Positions 46,901 to 55,525 of a stretch of DNA of 64,000 nt are shown in pieces. Each line of letters opens with the position of its first letter. Positions within the stretch are counted from its first letter, which is position 1. Made by a program: the position numbers and the translations under genes. This DNA is from a virus (taxonomy: Duplodnaviria; Heunggongvirae; Uroviricota; Caudoviricetes). The notes under the pieces are model-generated. The model ran no database searches. It was not told where the DNA came from and saw only the letters and a list, made by a program, of their open reading frames with translations. The stretch is from the IMG/VR virus record IMGVR_UViG_3300021256_000063, positions 64,001 through 128,000 of that record. One strand, given 5' to 3'.

Positions 46901-48688
46901 AGTGGAGCCGAGCTCAATCTGTGGTTTAACTGTAAAATCAACAGTTGAACCGGATGCAATAAAGATACCATATTGAATAGCTGTGGGCTCAGTTAGGACA
47001 AGAGTTCTATTTTTTTGCCGAGAATGGACAGTCGAACTTGGAATATCTTGCCCGCTTAATGTCTTGCCTAAAATTACAAGATACGCGTTCTTCGCACTGT
47101 CGCCATACATTTCATCAATCGAAACTTTATAAGTTCCGGCGTTAAGATGAATTGGATAATCATCATAACTGCTATAAGAACTCCATGAGTAGCTTGAACC
47201 GGATGCTGTTCCGTGTACATGAATGCCTTCGCTCGTTATATCGTATGAAATGCCGGCATGAAAATTCCGCTGTGTATATAGTGGGCAAAGATTCTTCCCC
47301 GTCCTCGTCACATGCGCCCCTGTCCATCCGGTGATGGGGCAGATGTTGGAGTAAGGAGTATAGGAAGTTTCCGAAGATGGACTGTTAAAAAACACGTCAG
47401 CAATCCCAACGCTTTGACCAGACGCACTGTTATCATAAACAACCAGGACACATGTTACGCACCCATCAGGAGTTGTTATGGCTTTCGATTCGCCAACTGG
47501 TAATGTGTAATAGCTAATCAAGCCTCCATCAGCATCAAAAAACGATACAGCTATTCGAGACGTTCCGTTATAAGTTGCTCCGATAAAATATTTAGTGTTT
47601 GGAGCAACGGCGACTGGAAATGCAATCCCATATGCATTTCTTGTGGTCTTCAATGAAACAGTATTGTTCCCAACGCTATATTCTGTGATAGTACTTTTTT
47701 GATAATAATTATTAAACGAAAGCCCGACATAATATTTATCGTATTCAAACACCCTTTTTGTATCAGGATTATAACCGTTTAATAGCCCTTCTGTTCTGTT
47801 TACAGTAATCTGGTTTACATTTCCTCCCGCAGGCCAAGGACTGTCATACCCGTGTAAATCTTGCACAGGTTCAATATCAACCACACAACTTTCAACAGGT
47901 GACTCATCCCCGTTATTTACAAAATGTACCAAATCATCTTTGATTTCAATCAATTCAGGTTCTGTTGTACCTTCGCTATATCTAGATACATAATATACCC
48001 ACAAATATTTTTTCTCTGCTGTTAATTGTGGTCTATATCTTGTCCATCCCTGAGTTAATCTGGTGATACCAGTGTCTTTATCAGATGCTAAATAATAAGG
48101 GATACTATCTCTTAATCCAATTGCATCCACACCATCTTTAACAACAGGTACAGTTACGATATCTAATAACACGGTAGTACCACTACTTTGATATAACGAA
48201 CATTTAATCGCTATAATATCATCAGGAATAGTAAACTCTTTAGACGCCTCGTTTCCACTTGATGTATATTCCGTTTTCCATGTAGAACCATTTGTGGTTG
48301 ATTCGATTTTAAATCTTCCACTATATGCAGAAACGGCACCTGTACCTTGTTTATATGTCGCACTAAAGGTAATTTTTTTAATTGTATATTCCCCGTCTTT
48401 AGTTTTACCAATAATACTGTCAGAAGAATTTAATTTAAACGAATACGCAGCGGTTCCAGTTGCACCTTGTTGTCCAGTAATATTAACAGGATCGCTCTCA
48501 GTATGTGTCCCATCTTCATAAACTGTCCGTATCTTTTGCCAAATATATTTGCCATTCTCCCAAGTGGGTTTAGTTGTAGACCAAGACCCACCTGACAAAG
48601 AAGTAGCACTTGTAGATTTATAATAGTACACTTCTGTTTTTACAATCGAATTGTAAGAAGTAAGTGTTGTTGAACCATATGTAATCAT
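40967..48688 (-). CDS. giant modular tail fibre/receptor-binding protein (2573 aa)
   Basis: Internal duplicated modules, GGKNLL/GGRNLF carbohydrate-binding-like domains, C-terminal phage-tail motif. Confidence 0.8.
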   Translation of the reverse strand: MITYGSTTLTSYNSIVKTEVYYYKSTSATSLSGGSWSTTKPTWENGKYIWQKIRTVYEDGTHTESDPVNITGQQGATGTAAYSFKLNSSDSIIGKTKDGEYTIKKITFSATYKQGTGAVSAYSGRFKIESTTNGSTWKTEYTSSGNEASKEFTIPDDIIAIKCSLYQSSGTTVLLDIVTVPVVKDGVDAIGLRDSIPYYLASDKDTGITRLTQGWTRYRPQLTAEKKYLWVYYVSRYSEGTTEPELIEIKDDLVHFVNNGDESPVESCVVDIEPVQDLHGYDSPWPAGGNVNQITVNRTEGLLNGYNPDTKRVFEYDKYYVGLSFNNYYQKSTITEYSVGNNTVSLKTTRNAYGIAFPVAVAPNTKYFIGATYNGTSRIAVSFFDADGGLISYYTLPVGESKAITTPDGCVTCVLVVYDNSASGQSVGIADVFFNSPSSETSYTPYSNICPITGWTGAHVTRTGKNLCPLYTQRNFHAGISYDITSEGIHVHGTASGSSYSWSSYSSYDDYPIHLNAGTYKVSIDEMYGDSAKNAYLVILGKTLSGQDIPSSTVHSRQKNRTLVLTEPTAIQYGIFIASGSTVDFTVKPQIELGSTATDYEPYSGQTYDITFPSESGTVYGGQLNVTTGELTVDRAMVRISDLSWYYSNYYGYFGTQRDVANIKNPTSATTLLSGLICSAYKSGAAAETGSQKVNGTIGVFQSRIRIRDENYGSDVNTWASIMGNETIVYPLATPQIYTLTPQEITMLCKENNIFADTGQTAISYYDNQTSTDPYVDYSATSAFEYSVKAYEATQPLYTKTYTGIIGTANTFADASFYFAKIHPTAYTSNYKVKMKIRVTAPVDYAETIDIQLGGYGSSFSSYDSYTTRTGSIGIYYVNLYRATQAGIETNEKGHAIGFGLRYSTNPTDANYKRNITVDILELDGCTIEMLDTPVKYADMDGTGSTNYTGYNELYVASPGQNATNNTNTHYTQYNNSVKAGTFGVKRYTLLMRDTQDTWVSFVNQANIVATTKTVSTNGHILGKLIYSAGGAEYASGANTSTVYDAYPFDFRYSSNCGTTLTTNKPVYLVGTVKADGLFYFDTTTWWTQTEPTSADNKVYIYVGMAYSNYQVWLNTENPAYQFYNGEFLSYDKVVTLKSISDLKETLEDQIDGKIETWCQSTDPSTAWTTTDLKNQHDGDLWYYTGESTSSYKNNTTYKYTASTNKWTAYSANTDLFDKIDNKTAIYYGEPTTVTSAEEGDYLVDATDGSSYRWNSGAWVKVSDYKSAIDAIEIGGKNLLRGTRTQDVSLGNYKDKVTATEETLFGCTVFTSSIRWSDIGFDFKKQILDRNLVKAGDSVTYSIWAKTDDTEPRNIYGVWVGSYYGGTTIAVLSSEWTQYSKTFVVTEEMLEATSAVMTRFECNTNCTEGKYIYWAAPKLERGTKATDWTPAPEDTEAEISALQEDLQSQIDEKIQTYYQSTNPASAWTTADIRATHDGDLWCYTGTTTSTYTKDNVYRYNASNNTWTTYSASGDLFDKVDGKTTVFYGKTTDTFTDVETGDYLVDATDGSSYRYDGSKWVKVTDYQAAIDNMSIGGRNLFVTASRFHPEENAFTTTSTGKDNHIENFDAKGGIYTVEPFKAGDVITLQAQSNLPWNNRHASDGTAPNTVGFWIQAYDTMEDARARRNLKRSRFLTNDLGENHTSFLHIFNVPQDDDGRYYNFRFNSYSDGTQSVTAKFWDLQLERGNKATSWSPALEDLQVNIEGAEKRNLLLNTQKKTYSGYTMYYDLSESGRQLQEGEVVTFSMKATVPADRKRWAIYNSGGYLAISQWEAIEPDGETAVIYTWTGVWKLYQNDEPVANDKLHVYIGTSGATSSVTVEWAKLERGNTMSTYSPAPEDINSSINAAQTTADEALAATQPISSKTFTGVIGTANDIANASLYFAKVHPTTYTDPWMVKMKIKASVPSDTNFRKTVDITIHGCRSNFISYDSIVANYNSNPIYYLNLYRATQAGIETNKKGHALGFGLRSATSPTDTNKKRTFEVDLLEVDGCTVDWIDTPVKYADMDGTGSTNYVGCTELGITSNGQNATNNGNTYDRIKYSTIKAAEAIARYNIIVGTSDGYKHLKSGTPWDITYPILYADAALNANATGSSNYLTVPFTVTTTQNMTLTPYKPVYIEGTLDGTTFTPIDTTPLTQTVPTSDNGHQYILLGSAYSTTAINLEAEHPIYQFQNGNFVTVAEAASRIGANAENLIKATYAVCSTAAGTNAKTADCTNFELYEGARIQVTFTNANTASAPTLDINNTGAKAIYINKTITSDTNLLLWTAGSKMEFVYDGTGWIAQNVPYALYGTCSTGASTAAKAVTCNEAVICKGTTISVNMTHTNTAADATMNVGSTLAKDIYANGAKLTTNSRFNWRANTTQKFVFDGQVWRMDDDSVKALATAYITEIDDDGIMVHPEDDDTSGWAISDAIQLFKNGISYIKLWIENNIPKIRIGKEDQGHIILDNDSVDIRNDNKVLASFGATSVIGDTNDWHQTIAANQITFAKGDDIITYISPDKLYTINAEVADAFYISNYSIRNASDGKLVIGLRR

Positions 48689-48710
48689 ATTAGTTATTCC
48701 TTTCTTTCAA

Positions 48711-48762
48711 ATAAAAAATGCTGATAGTTATATCAGCATTTGAATACCAATATAACTATCAG
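48711..48762 (-). terminator. terminator with overlapping alternative (anti-terminator) pairing
   Basis: 11-bp stem AAATGCTGATA/TATCAGCATTT plus U-tract; competing 13-bp IR 48721-48733 / 48750-48762. Confidence 0.65.
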
Positions 48763-51257
48763 ATTTCAACTTTAACATCTGCAATGATTTTCTTTGTTAC
48801 AAGTGTACCATCTACATAAATAACTTTACCACTTGCAGACGAAGCACCATTAAATGTAGTTGCATTACCGCTTGAATCACGAAATGTCCATGTATATGTA
48901 CCAGTTGGTAAATCTCCACTACCAGCATCAGCCCATGCGCTACCAGTGTATTTCTTTAATGTTACAGTTTTTTGTGAAGCATTAAGATGATAATAGAAAT
49001 CACCCGTTGCTGGGTTACTTGGAGCCGCTGTCAAAAATCTGTCGGATTTAAGAGGGTCAAGTTCTTTCCCCGTACCTGTATCAGTTACAATAACATAAAA
49101 CGCACCATGTCCTTGTCCATTAACAATCTGTTCTCCAAGTGAACAAAAAGCCGTTGCCTGAATAGGATCAAGTTTATCAATTAATGAATAGTAAGCGGTG
49201 TATGTAACATTACTATATTTACAAGTGCATCTATAAGAAGCAAATCCCTCAACCGTAGAGTTGTTAATCTTAATTGAACTAGCCGTCTGACCTGAGATAG
49301 TGGTATAAGCACCATCTTGCCATTTAGCCCATGTCCAGTTTGTACATGAACTTGTTTTATCTGAAGAACCATCCATAAGACGCCCATAAATAGTAATATC
49401 TTGTGATTCACGACTTGTGAATACATTACCATTAGTAGTATATAATTCAAACAACTTAGCATTTACGCCGTTAGTTGCTGCCGTGCTTCGAGTCCATGTA
49501 TAAGTGTGAACAATAGTTTTACCTTCACAAGTAAAAGATAATGATAATGTGCCACTTGCTGCATTTACATCAGTTGTTGTAGGAAGTGTATATTTAACAT
49601 GTCCTACAGCTGTTGCAGTTGCCTGAGTTACTTGAGCTGTAACATTTAAAACCTTTGCGGGCGTAGCTACGTTACAAGCGACCTGAGTTGTGCCCTTATA
49701 TCCAGTAAATGGAATATCAATAAGAAATTCACTAATAGGTTTGTTACCACTTGTACAAGGAATGACATCAGCATAGTTGCCCATTACTACATTGATAGCA
49801 TCTTTACCAGCATTACCTTGAATACCTTGTTCACCCTTTGCGCCATCCGCTGTAATAACAATAGTTTGTTTATCAAGAAGAACGGTAGTGCCACCTGCTT
49901 TATATAATTCTACTACCATATAGCCATTAGCTGCCGCAGTTGCTATATTACTGGCACTAATTGTATAAGCGGATTCATTAGCTGTAGAAGTATAGATAAC
50001 GGTTGAATTAGATGTAATTTTAAAACGTCCCGCATAAGCTGCTCTTGCGTTGTTTCCAGTCTGAGAATAACCCTTGACTTCAATAGAAGAAGGGGTATAA
50101 GTAACAGTACCGCCACTTGCAGGAGTGGTTTTATTAATAGCTATAGCATCGCATTCTAACGAATAAATGGTGGGCGTAGTACCATTAGCACCTGCGGTAA
50201 CCTTAACCAATGAAAAAACTTTAATAATATCATCATAACCACTTCGTGTACATGTAAATGTAACTTTACCTGTAAGAGCAGATAAGGCTGTTACAGCTAC
50301 GGTATCGTTGGTCTGAGTAGTTGTAGATTTAGTAATAGTAACGTCCGTTTCAGCAACCGTAATAGTCCAATTTTCAGTGTCATCAGTACCACCGTTGTAG
50401 ATAATAATCTGAGAAGTTGCCCCATCAAACGCACCGCTTATAGGTGTGCCAGAAGAATTACAAGGGATCATCTGATTTTCATTGGTTAAAACAGCGGTCA
50501 CTGCTTTATCACCGGGAGCGCCATCTCTTAATTTACTAATACAATGAATATCATAAACATTTTCATCATTAGTAATTACTTGAATAGTTGCAACATCATT
50601 AACAAAGAGAGTATTGTCAGATGCATTTACTACTAATGTCTCACTAGTGCCAGAACCTGTGATTTGAGTCCAATTTCCATCTGCATCTTTATATTGCCAT
50701 TGTTGAATTGATACGTTGTTTGTTTTTGCGGTTAGTGTAATATATGAATCACTAACTAACGTACCATTTGTATTATATTTAAATACTGTATCACCAGAAA
50801 TAATACATGTTTTAGCGGAAGAAGCAAGCTTGACTAAACTAAAAGTAATTTGTCCTTCGGCTGTTAGTGTTTTTTGAATTTCAGGCTCTACATACTCAAC
50901 AGTTACTATATAGCTTATCATTGTCGAGTTTGAATTAAATTTATTGGCAGTTACTTTTAAATTACCGTTTGCCTGTTTAGTTTCTCCTGACGTAAGGTTA
51001 GTAATATTTCCAGCCCCTTCTCGTCTTTTCCAAGTAATTGTTACCCCTGTTGTACTACCTGTTAAAGGAGTATTGTTATAATAAATAACTGGGGTTAACA
51101 CAAGATTGGTAGTTGAAGTACTCCAGTTAGGAGTGTATGTATTTTGATCTGGGTCATATATAATTGATAAAGGTTGATTGCTTGTAGGATATACAGATAA
51201 TTGTCCTACATCAGTCAAATCAACTAAAGTTATAGAACCATATGTAACTTGTGCCAT
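48759..51257 (-). CDS. tail/baseplate protein with Ig-like beta modules
   Basis: 832 aa, MAQVTYGSITLVDLTD N-terminus, repeated VLTNE..MIP and GKDA..V motifs. Confidence 0.7.
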   Translation of the reverse strand: MAQVTYGSITLVDLTDVGQLSVYPTSNQPLSIIYDPDQNTYTPNWSTSTTNLVLTPVIYYNNTPLTGSTTGVTITWKRREGAGNITNLTSGETKQANGNLKVTANKFNSNSTMISYIVTVEYVEPEIQKTLTAEGQITFSLVKLASSAKTCIISGDTVFKYNTNGTLVSDSYITLTAKTNNVSIQQWQYKDADGNWTQITGSGTSETLVVNASDNTLFVNDVATIQVITNDENVYDIHCISKLRDGAPGDKAVTAVLTNENQMIPCNSSGTPISGAFDGATSQIIIYNGGTDDTENWTITVAETDVTITKSTTTQTNDTVAVTALSALTGKVTFTCTRSGYDDIIKVFSLVKVTAGANGTTPTIYSLECDAIAINKTTPASGGTVTYTPSSIEVKGYSQTGNNARAAYAGRFKITSNSTVIYTSTANESAYTISASNIATAAANGYMVVELYKAGGTTVLLDKQTIVITADGAKGEQGIQGNAGKDAINVVMGNYADVIPCTSGNKPISEFLIDIPFTGYKGTTQVACNVATPAKVLNVTAQVTQATATAVGHVKYTLPTTTDVNAASGTLSLSFTCEGKTIVHTYTWTRSTAATNGVNAKLFELYTTNGNVFTSRESQDITIYGRLMDGSSDKTSSCTNWTWAKWQDGAYTTISGQTASSIKINNSTVEGFASYRCTCKYSNVTYTAYYSLIDKLDPIQATAFCSLGEQIVNGQGHGAFYVIVTDTGTGKELDPLKSDRFLTAAPSNPATGDFYYHLNASQKTVTLKKYTGSAWADAGSGDLPTGTYTWTFRDSSGNATTFNGASSASGKVIYVDGTLVTKKIIADVKVEI

Positions 51258-51285
51258 AATCCATTTTCCTTTCTATAATCGTATA

Positions 51286-54200
51286 TTAAAAAGATACTTC
51301 ACATTTAAAAATACCTTTGCTTTGAATGTCTGCGGTAGAGAGAGTAATCTTTTGCGCACTCATCCTACTCCAATCAGGGTCTTCGTTGCCATCTTTATCA
51401 TATTTAATCCAGTGGAAATTTTTCACTTGATCTGTTATATCTTGCGTACCTTTCATGACAGTGCATGTAAGAATAGTGTTTATACCTCTGCTATTAAAGA
51501 TATTGCCCGCACTGGAATCAATATTAACAACAATAGGAGAAGATGGCTGTTTAATTTTCTTTATCGTAAATACCTTTTTAACTTCTAAATCTTTATAAGT
51601 AGCAAATATTTCTATAATAACAATATCAGCTGTCGTATTTGTTACTGTTACTCTATGATTTGTTGCATCCCATGTACCAGTAGCGCTTGAAGGAATAGCA
51701 ACGTCCCATTCGATATCAGGACTATCAGTTATATCAGCATCACCGTAATAAATATGAACATCTGTATAACAAGAAGAGTAGTCTCCATTGTTACCATCTT
51801 CATCAGTAGTGATCCCCTCAAATTCATTTGTCAGCATAATAGCCAAAGCGCCGTTAACATCACGAATAGACCGTTTTAAATATTCAGATAATGTTTCATC
51901 GTTGTTCATGATAATCGTTTTACCATCAATATTAGCGACCAAACGATTATCAGGCGTATATGTAAAACTGGATATTTGATTAACAATTGCCGATGTTCTT
52001 TCTGCGTCCGTCATTCGTTTTGAAATATCTGCCAGTCCTTGATTGTTATCGGCTGTCGTGCGCAGCATTTTATTAAAAGTAGAATAAATAGTATTGTTCG
52101 ATCTATTAGCTGTACCAAAAGATGTCTGAATGGTAGTTAAATTATTAAAATCAATTTCATAGCTTAACAAGCGCAACTTATAAATTTTATCATCAACTTC
52201 AATTCTAAGCCAGTTGCCCACATCAAACTCTATTTTACGTTCTTCATATATATCTGGAAGCATTAATAACAAATCTTTTAATGTGCAATCAATCTCATAT
52301 ACAGATTCTGTTAATTTATCAATATCTTCATCTGCTCGATTATAAAATTCAATTGCATTTTCTATTATCTCAGCTTCTGTTAGTCCTTGACTAATAATAG
52401 TGCTGTCACTTTGATCTGCTTCTCTTCTAAAAGACAGTAACTCCAACCATAAGGTTTCACCAAGATAGTCTTCCAAATTCAATGCCGTATTTATAACATC
52501 TTGCTGTTGTTCAATCTGCGCAATCAAAGCGTTTAACATTCCTACTTCTGTATCTTTAAGCGTAATTTCTTGTGCCAGATAGTCCTTTTTATCACTAAAA
52601 GGCTTATATATATCACGATAAACATCGGGCGCTGTTGCTTGTGTAATTCCTGCATCATCTAACATTAACAGCACACTTTCCGCAGCCGCTCTCATGTCAA
52701 TCAAAGATGTAAGATTATACTTTTTAATCTCAGCCTTAAAAATATTATCTTCTTGTTTGAACAAATCCTTAGCGCCACTAACCACAGCATCTTTGCGCTT
52801 CATATAGATATCTACCTGATCTTTAAGGTACTCAGCGGTTGCCTGAGTAAAGGTTAAATTAAAAGTACGTGTACATGTATCTTCATCGTCTGTAAATGAT
52901 GTAAGAGTGATAGAACCTGTCCACTGTTTATCCTCATATGTATCTGTCACAACTTCAATAGAATATCGAGCATCATCTACATAAACTCTGACCAGTTCTT
53001 CAACATCATCTGCTGTTGTTGATTTAGACAAACCAGTTAAGCTACGAACACCCACTGTTGTGATTGTGAATTTGTTCATTTCTTTTTCAGCAGTTGTATC
53101 TACTACATCTGGGGAATCAGGGAACATTGTATTTTGTAAAAAATCCCGCAAATAAGTTGAATAATAATAAGCTGTGGTTAAATCAATATACCCTTTAATG
53201 GGTCGGGCTACATGACCCAATTCTTTTTTTAATAAGGGCAAATATTTGTCATACAATTCATTATAATCAGCCGCCCGTGTCACCAATGACATTGTATATT
53301 CATACTTGTATGTATTATATTCTTGTTCATATTCAGAATATCTTTCACGTAACTCTGGAGACATGTCCATTCTCATATCATCTGTAAAGCGCCAAATATA
53401 TCTTGAATTTGCTGGATTACAAAGAATCACAGCAGTAGTCATTTCATCATCACCAGCTGTGATTCTAAAACAGTTTTTAATATTATCTGTATTAACTGAT
53501 AAATTGATAGATTCACCTAAGTTTTCTTTACTAACAAATATCCCTGTATCTTTTCCGTATCTTGGAATAATTTTTTGGCTATGAGTACATTCAGGATTCG
53601 TACAGCCATTGCTAAAATCTCCACGTTTGCCACACTCAGGACAATAATCTTTACCATCATAGAATGAAATGGTACGCTGTAATGACCATTCATCTTCGTC
53701 TATGTTTTCTCCTAAAATAATAATACAGTCTACCGTTTCTGCTAATTCTTTTAAACAATCAATAACAGAGGAGCCATTAAATGAGAATGTCCGTTTAACA
53801 TCCCATAAGCTTTCATCTACATGATTAATCACATAATGTCCAGCTTTATCGTGTAATACCCTATGAACGATAGAAGCATCAGGATCGTCTGGATTATAAA
53901 AGGTTGTATCTTTATAATCGTCTCTTGCCATATCTTCTTCAGTTCTTATTTCGATTTCGTAGTTGTTTACTTGATCTAACTCAGCATATTGTGCAAGAGT
54001 ACCTGTTATATGTTTAACTGTATCATCCTCTTCATCTATCGTCACTTCAATTTCATACCATATACTTTTAGCTTGAATATGAGGTACAGATATAGGAATA
54101 CAGACTGTTTTAAAATTCTTTACTTCATTCCACAAAGGGTTTAAAAAAGTATTAATGTATTTATGGACATCAAATGAACACTCTGAATATAAGATTTCAG

Positions 54201-54342
54201 AATCCTGCAATTCTACTTTTATAACAAGTGTGCGTTCATCAATATTTAATACACCAATTTTTCTACCGCTTTTATGCGCAAGGATAACAGGTGGAGATAT
54301 AGGCTGTTTGATTGAATCTGTTTCAATATAATAGTTATCCAT
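51286..54342 (-). CDS. tail hub/Tal-like (prophage tail-endopeptidase-type) protein
   Basis: 1018 aa directly after Dit; DVGNWLRIEVDDKIYKLRLLSYEIDF motif. Confidence 0.65.
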   Translation of the reverse strand: MDNYYIETDSIKQPISPPVILAHKSGRKIGVLNIDERTLVIKVELQDSEILYSECSFDVHKYINTFLNPLWNEVKNFKTVCIPISVPHIQAKSIWYEIEVTIDEEDDTVKHITGTLAQYAELDQVNNYEIEIRTEEDMARDDYKDTTFYNPDDPDASIVHRVLHDKAGHYVINHVDESLWDVKRTFSFNGSSVIDCLKELAETVDCIIILGENIDEDEWSLQRTISFYDGKDYCPECGKRGDFSNGCTNPECTHSQKIIPRYGKDTGIFVSKENLGESINLSVNTDNIKNCFRITAGDDEMTTAVILCNPANSRYIWRFTDDMRMDMSPELRERYSEYEQEYNTYKYEYTMSLVTRAADYNELYDKYLPLLKKELGHVARPIKGYIDLTTAYYYSTYLRDFLQNTMFPDSPDVVDTTAEKEMNKFTITTVGVRSLTGLSKSTTADDVEELVRVYVDDARYSIEVVTDTYEDKQWTGSITLTSFTDDEDTCTRTFNLTFTQATAEYLKDQVDIYMKRKDAVVSGAKDLFKQEDNIFKAEIKKYNLTSLIDMRAAAESVLLMLDDAGITQATAPDVYRDIYKPFSDKKDYLAQEITLKDTEVGMLNALIAQIEQQQDVINTALNLEDYLGETLWLELLSFRREADQSDSTIISQGLTEAEIIENAIEFYNRADEDIDKLTESVYEIDCTLKDLLLMLPDIYEERKIEFDVGNWLRIEVDDKIYKLRLLSYEIDFNNLTTIQTSFGTANRSNNTIYSTFNKMLRTTADNNQGLADISKRMTDAERTSAIVNQISSFTYTPDNRLVANIDGKTIIMNNDETLSEYLKRSIRDVNGALAIMLTNEFEGITTDEDGNNGDYSSCYTDVHIYYGDADITDSPDIEWDVAIPSSATGTWDATNHRVTVTNTTADIVIIEIFATYKDLEVKKVFTIKKIKQPSSPIVVNIDSSAGNIFNSRGINTILTCTVMKGTQDITDQVKNFHWIKYDKDGNEDPDWSRMSAQKITLSTADIQSKGIFKCEVSF

Positions 54343-54362
54343 ATCTGTGTCCTCCTGTTCTA

Positions 54363-55160
54363 TTAAATAGGAATAACCTTGCGCACAGGATTATAAATAA
54401 TGCTATATTCGCAAGGCAATGAAAAAGAGATGATATTTTCCTGTGTATCAAAGTTATTGCCTATCCTTAGAAACTTATAGTTAAAATCATTAGCTATATC
54501 GTGCGATTCGGAACTGGATGTAATTTGTAAATACTTGGAAAATGTAATGGTTTCGTCCTGTTCACAATTTTTAATAATTGTTTGCCGATTATCAAATGAG
54601 TTGTTAATTGTTAAATCGCCGCTTTCTTTACAGGTAATAACCATATCAGGATAGATATAGCCAATTTCTACAGATTCATCTAAAATTATAATACTGTCTT
54701 CAGCTTCCGTATCGCCCATTAATATTACATCTTCTTGTAATGCATAGGGACGGGTGCTCTCAAAAGTTAACACCACACCTGTACGCTTTGAACCTGTAAT
54801 ATCTTCTTCTAATTGAAACGTCCCCTCCCAAAATACATCTTCATATTTAGGGTCATCTATTTTAAAAGAATGCGGTGCTGGTCTACAAAGCCATCTTTTT
54901 AATTCTTCCATTTCTTTAACCGTGATCTCGTCTTCATTTGTTAAACATGGATTTTTAATAATACCAAGTGTAAAAGTAATGGTGTCTTCATAATTATAAT
55001 AGACAAATGGCTGTTCAAGCCCCATAAACAGAGACGTCTTATTATAATTGCGCTGCCCCTCTTTGGGATTCTCATCAGCTGAAAAATATCCTAAAATATA
55101 CTTTCCGTCATTAAAATCTTGTAGGCTAATGCCATCATATGTGAAACTGCTTATTGCCAA
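54363..55160 (-). CDS. distal tail protein (Dit)
   Basis: SFTYDGISL N-terminus, LKRWLCRP..HSF, follows tape measure. Confidence 0.8.
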   Translation of the reverse strand: MAISSFTYDGISLQDFNDGKYILGYFSADENPKEGQRNYNKTSLFMGLEQPFVYYNYEDTITFTLGIIKNPCLTNEDEITVKEMEELKRWLCRPAPHSFKIDDPKYEDVFWEGTFQLEEDITGSKRTGVVLTFESTRPYALQEDVILMGDTEAEDSIIILDESVEIGYIYPDMVITCKESGDLTINNSFDNRQTIIKNCEQDETITFSKYLQITSSSESHDIANDFNYKFLRIGNNFDTQENIISFSLPCEYSIIYNPVRKVIPI

Positions 55161-55187
55161 AATGAAACACCGCCTTTCTTATTGTTT

Positions 55188-55466
55188 TCATTCTTCAATA
55201 TCTTCGTCAGCCTCATCTTCATCTTCATCTTCATACATTAAATCTTGAAGTTCTGCAAATTCTTCCTTAAGTGTTTTTAATTCACTTAATCCAACTTGGA
55301 GCTGACGTGTTACTTCTTTATATCGAGCAATTTCCTGCTGATACATTTTTTTTAGTTCCCTGACTTCAGTCAAAGCATCTTTTAATAATTGTTTATCATT
55401 ATCGTTAGTTGTTGACTCATTCACAAGTTCATCAATCTCATCAAATTCATCTTTAATATTATTCAT
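55188..55466 (-). CDS. small acidic coiled-coil protein
   Basis: 92 aa, AGGAGG SD. Confidence 0.65.
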   Translation of the reverse strand: MNNIKDEFDEIDELVNESTTNDNDKQLLKDALTEVRELKKMYQQEIARYKEVTRQLQVGLSELKTLKEEFAELQDLMYEDEDEDEADEDIEE

Positions 55467-55481
55467 CGCTGTCCTCCTATT

Positions 55482-55518
55482 AGAAAATGACAGACGCCCG
55501 ATTAAGAGCGCCTGTCAT
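55482..55518 (-). terminator. hairpin/terminator after tape measure gene
   Basis: ATGACAGGCGC...GCGTCTGTCAT followed by TTTT on minus strand. Confidence 0.65.
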
Positions 55519-55525
55519 AAAATAA

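Noticed and set aside
35368-48688. Diversity-generating retroelement acting on tail fibres
   Set aside because: No reverse transcriptase in the window, and the repeat mismatches are mostly synonymous rather than adenine-specific.
32907-48688. Shufflon/invertase system driven by the tyrosine recombinase
   Set aside because: All tail cassettes are co-oriented with no inverted recombination sites; the recombinase sits beside an attP-like tRNA fragment.
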